DNA of 64,000 nucleotides from Escherichia coli (GTDB lineage Bacteria; Pseudomonadota; Gammaproteobacteria; Enterobacterales; Enterobacteriaceae): NCBI RefSeq assembly GCF_001677475.2, contig NZ_CP015229.1; one strand, 5' to 3'. Shown piece by piece: positions 57,856 to 64,000 of this stretch (position 1 is its first letter; each line of letters starts with the position of its first letter). The notes under the pieces were generated by a model. It saw only the letters and a program-made list of their open reading frames with translations, ran no database searches and was not told where the DNA came from. The position numbers and the translations under genes were made by a program.

Positions 57856-58749
57856 TCAGAGATCAATGGCCCATTCGGCATGAAACAAAATCACCGCCGC
57901 GCCAGAAATGGTGACTTTCTCCGGTTGGTTGTCCCGAATAGTCACCGTCACATCAATCACGCCGTCACGCCCCAGAGCTCGTCCCTGATGGCCTTTAACA
58001 CGCAACACGTTGCCATCGTGGGGCAATACGTTGTGATGCACTAACCATGCGCCCATCGGGCCATTGGCATTGCCGGTCACCGGATCTTCCACAATACCAA
58101 TCGCAGGCGAGAACATGCGACCATCGGTTTCGTTTTTGCATGGGCGGATCTGGAAAGGGAAGAAACCATTGCAGCCAATCTGTTTGCTGATAGCGGTCAG
58201 CGCAGCAAGATCAGGCGAAAGGGCATCGATATCCACTTCTGGTTTCAACGGGATCATCACTTTTGAGTGTCCTGTTGTTGCCACCTGAATTGGCAAGCCT
58301 GGCAGAATATCGTCCTCAGTGAGATGAAGCGCGTTGATAATCGCTGCACGTGTTTCATCTTCCAGCGGTGGCTCAAAGCCCGGCGTACCTTGTTCCAGCG
58401 AAATACGATAATCATCGTTATGCTTTTCGATAGTCACGCGGTGCTTTCCTGCCAGCGATGTTTGCCAGACCGTGCAATTTCCTAAACCTAACACCTTTGC
58501 ACGTACATAGTGCGCAGCTACTGTCGCGTGACCACAAATCGGAACTTCAACCGTTGGCGTAAAGTAGCGGATGCGCACATCGCTGTCGTCGCTGTGCAGC
58601 AGAAAAGCAGTTTCCGAATGACCTAATTCGCGGGCGATAAGCTGCATTTGCGCTTCGCTAAGATTATCGGCGGGGAAAACAACACCGGCAGAATTGCCGC
58701 GAAATGGTTGAGAGGTAAAAGCATCGACGTGGTAAACCTGCGGTTTCAT
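57856..58749 (-). CDS. yddE: PhzF-family isomerase-like protein YddE
   Basis: 297 aa; synteny with nhoA and narV. Confidence 0.85.
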   Translation of the reverse strand: MKPQVYHVDAFTSQPFRGNSAGVVFPADNLSEAQMQLIARELGHSETAFLLHSDDSDVRIRYFTPTVEVPICGHATVAAHYVRAKVLGLGNCTVWQTSLAGKHRVTIEKHNDDYRISLEQGTPGFEPPLEDETRAAIINALHLTEDDILPGLPIQVATTGHSKVMIPLKPEVDIDALSPDLAALTAISKQIGCNGFFPFQIRPCKNETDGRMFSPAIGIVEDPVTGNANGPMGAWLVHHNVLPHDGNVLRVKGHQGRALGRDGVIDVTVTIRDNQPEKVTISGAAVILFHAEWAIDL

Positions 58750-58827
58750 TAATGTTCTCCTGTGGCTGGAGAACTATCATAGCCTGCAAGTGGCCGGAGA
58801 GCGAAGAGCTATCCGGCCAGGGTGAAA

Positions 58828-59508
58828 TTATCGCCGCGAACGTACAATCTGATACCGACGGGTAAAGTACTCAAACGGCGCGCTCCACACATGCACCAGT
58901 CTAGTGAACGGGAAGAGCAGGAAGATGGTCATTCCCAACACCAGATGCAGGCGGAAGACGAACGCTACGCCGTTGAGCATTTCTGACGATCCGCCACGGA
59001 AAGTGACAATGCTTTGCGCCCAACCCACCAGCTTCATCATTTCGCTACCATCAGGATACTGTGCTGAAAACGGTATGGTACTTAGCCCCAACAGACACTG
59101 GATCAGCAAAATGCTCATGATGATAATATCCGGTGTAGTTGAAGTGGCACGCACGCGCTGATTTGTCAGCCTGCGCCACAGCAGTCCTGCGCCGCCAATC
59201 AACGTCAACACACCGCAAATACCACCTAGCACCATCGCCATCAGCTGTTTTGCCGCCACTGGCAAAAACCACGCGTACATCCAGTGTGGCGTTAACATGC
59301 CGAACAGGTGCCCGAAGAAAATCCCCAAAATGCCGATATGGAACAGATTCGACCATATCACCATCCCGCGTTTATCGAGCATCTGACTTGAGGAGGCGCG
59401 CCAGGTGTACTGCCCGTAGTCGTAGCGCAGCCAGCTGCCGAGGAAAAACACCGTCGCACAAATGTATGGGTAGATATCGTAAAAAAAAACGTTCAGATAC
59501 TGAATCAT
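58828..59508 (-). CDS. narV: Nitrate reductase Z gamma subunit (membrane cytochrome b)
   Basis: 226 aa multi-TM protein; operon order narZ-narY-narW-narV on the minus strand. Confidence 0.9.
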
Positions 59509-60200
59509 TTCCCACCTCCCGCACTGATGTCGACATACTGCGGCGCGACATCCTGGCTAAAGCGTCGCTGATATTGATTAAGCGGCGAGCTGTCACACGC
59601 CGTGGCGTTATCTTCAATGAACTTCACCTGTTCTTCTTCCCACACCGCATCCAGCGCCTGGCGGGTGTCGTCACGCTCCTCGCTGCGTATCTGTTTTGTG
59701 ACACTGTCACTTGAGAGTGTACTTCCCGCCAGATGCAGCAGGGCGTCAAACAAGGGATACCACGGCGCCTCACGTTGTTTTAAGCGCCCGCCGAGCAGGG
59801 CGAGGATTGGCGCAACGTTGAGCAAACCTTCTTTAGCCTGGTTGTCGGGTAGCACACTTAAATACTCCAGATACAAAGGCAGATAATCAGGCAACTCGCG
59901 ACAATTTAGTTGCAGGCCGACTTTTTCATACTCCGCCAGCAGATCCACCATTGCCTGACCGCGATCGCGTGACTCGGCATGAACATGTTCAAACAGCAGC
60001 AGCGAGGTGGTACGTCCACGGTCAAACACTTCACACCATTCAGCCTGTTTATCCAGCAGCGGCGCATTAAGCAGGTCGCAGGTGAAATCGGTGAGCATCG
60101 GCGCGTCGTGGCGAATCAGCGCCAGCGCGTCGTCTTTGTTCTCCCATAGCAGCTCGTCCGGATACTCCATCAACAGGCCGATCACTTTGAGGATCTGCAT
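59505..60200 (-). CDS. narW: Nitrate reductase Z assembly chaperone
   Basis: 231 aa; overlapping stop/start with narV and narY. Confidence 0.9.
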
Positions 60201-61744
60201 TATTCGCCCTCCGCTTTATTGCGTACTTCGGTAATGTCGATGGCATCGATTCGGCTACTGTTGAACAGATTGAATTTAGTATCAGAGCCGTGACAACCGT
60301 CGCCAAAGGTAAAACCGCAGCCGTTGCGTTCTGCGAAGGCATCGCCCGCCATTTCCCGATGGCTGGTCGGGATGACAAAACGATCTTCATAGTTGGCAAT
60401 GGCGAGATAGCGATACATCTCTTCGACCTGGGCGACGCTCAGGCCTACTTCGTCGATGGCACGGGTATCAGTAACGCCTTCCACGGTTTGTGAACGCATA
60501 TAGTGGCGCATCGCCATCATCCGTTTCAGCGCCCGCAGTACCGGACCGGTATCGCCGGCACTTAACATATTGGCGAGATATTGCACCGGAATACGCAGGC
60601 TCTCGATGGCGGGCAGCACACCTTCGCTTTTCGGCAAACCGCCCGCATCAGCGTAAGACTGAATCGGTGACAGCGGCGGAACGTACCAGACCATCGGCAG
60701 GGTGCGGTATTCAGGGTGCAGCGGTAGCGCCAGTTTCCAGTCCATTGCCATTTTGTAGACTGGCGAACGCTGGGCAGCGTCAATCACGTTTTGTGGAATA
60801 CCTTGTTTCAGAGCTTCTTCGATCACTGAGGGATCGTGCGGATCGAGGAACACTTCGCACTGGCGTTCATAGAGGTCAACTTCGCGCTCGGTGCTCGCCG
60901 CTTCCTCGATGCGGTCGGCGTCGTAAAGCAGCACGCCCAGATACCGGATGCGACCCACGCAGGTTTCTGAGCACACGGTGGGTTGGCCTGACTCAATTCG
61001 TGGGTAACAGAAGATACATTTTTCTGACTTGCCGCTTTTCCAGTTGAAGTAGATTTTTTTGTACGGACAACCGCTAATGCACAAACGCCAGCCACGGCAT
61101 TTATCCTGATCGATCAGCACAATGCCGTCTTCTTCGCGTTTGTAGATAGCGCCGCTTGGGCAGGTCGCCACGCAACTGGGATTGAGGCAGTGTTCGCACA
61201 AGCGCGGCAGGTACATCATGAAGGTGTTTTCAAACTGCCCGTACATCTCCTTTTGCATGGCCTCGAAGTTGCGGTCACGGGCGCGTTTTTCGAATTCGCC
61301 GCCCAACAATTCTTCCCAGTTTGGCCCCCAGATCACTTTGTCCATCCGTTTGCCGTCAATCAGTGAACGCGGGCGAGCAGTAGGGATATGTTTGCCTTCC
61401 GGTGCGCTATGCAAATGTTCGTAGTCGAAGGTGAAAGGTTCGTAGTAATCATCAATCTGCGGCACCACCGGGTTGGCGAAGATTTTGGTTATTACGCCCA
61501 TCTTGCTGCCCAGACGCGGGCGGATCTTGCCATTCACATCACGCACCCAGCCGCCTTGCCACTCTTCCTGATCTTCCCAGTTTTTCGGATAACCAATGCC
61601 CGGTTTGGTTTCGACGTTGTTAAACCATGCGTACTCCATGCCTTCGCGTCCGGTCCAGACGTTTTTACAGGTCACCGAACAGGTATGGCAGCCGATACAT
61701 TTATCGAGGTTAAGCACCATGCCGACTTGCGAACGTATTTTCAT
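60200..61744 (-). CDS. narY: Nitrate reductase Z beta subunit (Fe-S)
   Basis: 514 aa; multiple Cys clusters (CIGCHTCSVTCK, CEHCLNPSCVATCPSGA, CRGWRLCISGCPYKK). Confidence 0.9.
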   Translation of the reverse strand: MKIRSQVGMVLNLDKCIGCHTCSVTCKNVWTGREGMEYAWFNNVETKPGIGYPKNWEDQEEWQGGWVRDVNGKIRPRLGSKMGVITKIFANPVVPQIDDYYEPFTFDYEHLHSAPEGKHIPTARPRSLIDGKRMDKVIWGPNWEELLGGEFEKRARDRNFEAMQKEMYGQFENTFMMYLPRLCEHCLNPSCVATCPSGAIYKREEDGIVLIDQDKCRGWRLCISGCPYKKIYFNWKSGKSEKCIFCYPRIESGQPTVCSETCVGRIRYLGVLLYDADRIEEAASTEREVDLYERQCEVFLDPHDPSVIEEALKQGIPQNVIDAAQRSPVYKMAMDWKLALPLHPEYRTLPMVWYVPPLSPIQSYADAGGLPKSEGVLPAIESLRIPVQYLANMLSAGDTGPVLRALKRMMAMRHYMRSQTVEGVTDTRAIDEVGLSVAQVEEMYRYLAIANYEDRFVIPTSHREMAGDAFAERNGCGFTFGDGCHGSDTKFNLFNSSRIDAIDITEVRNKAEGE

Positions 61745-64000
61745 TTTTTCGCCTCCTGTACCTGATCGCGACCTTCATCATCCAGCCAGTTAACGTTCTT
61801 CATCTTGCGGATCATGATGAATTCGTCGCGGTTCGAGCCGACGGTGCCGTAGTAGTTAAAGCCCCAGGCCAGCTGCGCGTAACCGCCAATCATATGCGTC
61901 GGTTTCGGGCAAACGCGGGTGACCGAGTTATGAATGCCGCCGCGCATGCCAGTTACTTCCGACCCAGGAATATTCATAATGCGTTCCTGAGCGTGATACA
62001 TCATGGTCATGCCCGGCGGTACACGTTGGCTGACCACCGCGCGGGCAGTCAGCGCGCCGTTGGCGTTGAATACTTCCACCCAGTCGTTATCGACAATGGT
62101 CAGTTCTCGGGCATCGGTTTCGCTGATCCAGACAATCGGTCCACCGCGAGAGAGCGTCAGCATTAGCAGGTTTTCACTGTAGGTTGAGTGAATGCCCCAT
62201 TTCTGGTGCGGCGTTAGGAAGTTAAGTGCTTTTTCCGGGAAGCCGTTTGGCGGGATCTGGCGCATCTCACTGACGCTACGGGTGTCGATAGGCGGGCGAT
62301 AAGCCACCAGGCTTTCACCAAAAGCACGCATCCACGGATGATCCTGATAGAGCTGCTGGCGTCCCGACAGCGTGCGCCACGGAATTAACTCATGAACGTT
62401 GGTGTATCCCGCGTTATAGGAGACGTGATCGCTTTCCAGACCGGACCATGTGGGGCTGGAGATAATTTTACGCGGCTGCGCCTGAATATCGCGAAAGCGA
62501 ATCTTCTCGTCCTCTTTGTGCAGCGCCAGATGGGTATGTTCGCGCCCGGTGATCTCGCCCAGCGCCTGCCACGCTTTGACTGCAACATGACCGTTGGTTT
62601 CCGGTGCCAGTGCCAGAATCACTTCTGAAGCGTCAATGGCGGTGTCAATCAGCGGACGCCCCTGTGCCGGGCCATCACGCTTGGTGTAATTGAGTTTGCC
62701 GAGGAAATCGATTTCATCCTGGGTATTCCACGAAATCCCTTTACCGCCGTTGCCAAGTTTGTCCATCAATGGCCCGAGCGAGGTAAAGCGTTCATACGTA
62801 GCAGGGTAGTCGCGCTCCACTGCCACAATATTCGGCGCGGTTTTACCCGGGATCAGATCGCATTCGCCTTTGCGCCAGTCGAGCACTTCACACGGCTGTG
62901 AGAGCTCTGCCGGAGAGTCATGCAGCAGTGGTTGTAATACCACGTCGGTTTCTTTGCCAAGATGGCCCACGCACACTTGCGAAAATGCTTTGGCAATACC
63001 TTTGTAGATTTCCCAGTCGCTGCGTGATTCCCAGGCCGGATCGACCGCCGCAGAAAGCGGATGAATAAATGGATGCATATCCGAGGTGTTCATATCGTCT
63101 TTTTCATACCAGGTGGCGGTGGGCAGAACGATATCGGAGAACAGGCAGGTACTGGACATGCGGAAGTCGAGCGTCACCAGCAGGTCGAGCTTGCCTTCAA
63201 TCGCCGCAGTTTGCCACTCGACTTCTTCCGGTTTGATCCCGTCGCTGGCACCGAGTTCCTCGCCCTGAATCCCGCTTTCGGTCCCCAGCAGATACTTCTG
63301 CATATACTCGTGGCCTTTGCCGGAGGAGCCAAGCAGGTTAGAACGCCAGACAAACAAATTACGCGGATGATTGCTGCCGCTATCTGGTTGTTCGCAGGCC
63401 ATACGTAAATCGCCCGATTTCAGCGCCTGGGCGGTAAATTCTGTGGGGGATAATCCGGCCTTGTCGGCTTCAGCTTTAATCCCGAGCGGGTTACGCCCCA
63501 GCTGCGGCGCAGAAGGTAGCCAGCCCATACGTTCGGCGCGAACGTTGAAATCAATCAGATGACCGCTGTACTTAGTGGCATCGGCGAGTGGTGAAAGTAA
63601 CTCCTGAGCAGAGACTTTTTCATAGCGCCATTGGCTGGAATGATTGTAGAAAAACGAGGTGCTGTTCATCTGGCGCGGTGGGCGGTTCCAGTCGAGCGCA
63701 AAGGCCAGCGGCAACCAGCCGGTTTGTGGGCGCAGTTTTTCCTGACCGACATAGTGTGCCCAGCCGCCACCGCTTTGCCCGACACAACCGCAGAAGATCA
63801 GCATGTTGATCATTCCACGGTAGTTCATGTCCATGTGATACCAATGGTTGACGCCAGCACCGAGGATAATCATCGAGCGCCCATGCGTTTTATGGGCGGT
63901 ATCGGCAAATTCACGGGCGATGGTTTCAATATACTGGCGCGGCACGCCGGTAATTTGCTCGCCCCAGGCCGGCGTGTAGGCTTTGATTTCAGCGTAATCC
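61741..64000 (-). CDS. narZ: Nitrate reductase Z alpha subunit (molybdopterin), partial; N-terminus beyond window end
   Basis: Open minus-strand frame from window end to stop at 61741; ORF track shows only the part from an internal Met (734 aa); overlaps narY start. Confidence 0.9.
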   Translation of the reverse strand, partial: DYAEIKAYTPAWGEQITGVPRQYIETIAREFADTAHKTHGRSMIILGAGVNHWYHMDMNYRGMINMLIFCGCVGQSGGGWAHYVGQEKLRPQTGWLPLAFALDWNRPPRQMNSTSFFYNHSSQWRYEKVSAQELLSPLADATKYSGHLIDFNVRAERMGWLPSAPQLGRNPLGIKAEADKAGLSPTEFTAQALKSGDLRMACEQPDSGSNHPRNLFVWRSNLLGSSGKGHEYMQKYLLGTESGIQGEELGASDGIKPEEVEWQTAAIEGKLDLLVTLDFRMSSTCLFSDIVLPTATWYEKDDMNTSDMHPFIHPLSAAVDPAWESRSDWEIYKGIAKAFSQVCVGHLGKETDVVLQPLLHDSPAELSQPCEVLDWRKGECDLIPGKTAPNIVAVERDYPATYERFTSLGPLMDKLGNGGKGISWNTQDEIDFLGKLNYTKRDGPAQGRPLIDTAIDASEVILALAPETNGHVAVKAWQALGEITGREHTHLALHKEDEKIRFRDIQAQPRKIISSPTWSGLESDHVSYNAGYTNVHELIPWRTLSGRQQLYQDHPWMRAFGESLVAYRPPIDTRSVSEMRQIPPNGFPEKALNFLTPHQKWGIHSTYSENLLMLTLSRGGPIVWISETDARELTIVDNDWVEVFNANGALTARAVVSQRVPPGMTMMYHAQERIMNIPGSEVTGMRGGIHNSVTRVCPKPTHMIGGYAQLAWGFNYYGTVGSNRDEFIMIRKMKNVNWLDDEGRDQVQEAKK

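Overview
Enterobacterial (Escherichia coli-like) chromosomal window, read by eye from the sequence and ORF track; no database search or computation was possible. Four blocks: (1) 1-5.1 kb: minus-strand phage-like structural genes, ending in a >1,080-aa protein with a lytic transglycosylase (SLT) domain that runs off the window start. (2) about 5.13-40.2 kb: a ~35 kb Mu-type transposable prophage (repressor, ner, transposase A, ATPase B, early accessory genes incl. Gam-like and GemA-like, Mor, endolysin, terminase, portal, protease/scaffold, major head, sheath, tube, tape measure, baseplate, two tail-fibre/assembly pairs, com-mom). Its right terminus at 40204 looks like a canonical Mu right end; the left end is less certain. 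Several head/tail genes carry apparent single-base frameshifts. (3) 40.2-52.5 kb: accessory island with a HEXXH metallopeptidase-like ORF overlapping a lipoprotein gene, a type VI secretion vgrG / DUF1795 (EagR-like) chaperone / prePAAR-Rhs effector / immunity module, two SymE-like toxin genes each next to an H-repeat (ISAs1-family) element, and an orphan toxin-tail/immunity remnant. (4) 52.5-64 kb: core genes (GGDEF diguanylate cyclase, alkyl-sulfatase-like hydrolase, pptA, yddH, nhoA, yddE, narZYWV with narZ cut by the window end). No rRNA, tRNA or CRISPR array was recognised. The most interesting candidates are the HEXXH/lipoprotein pair at the prophage junction and the unclassified Rhs C-terminal toxin with its immunity gene.
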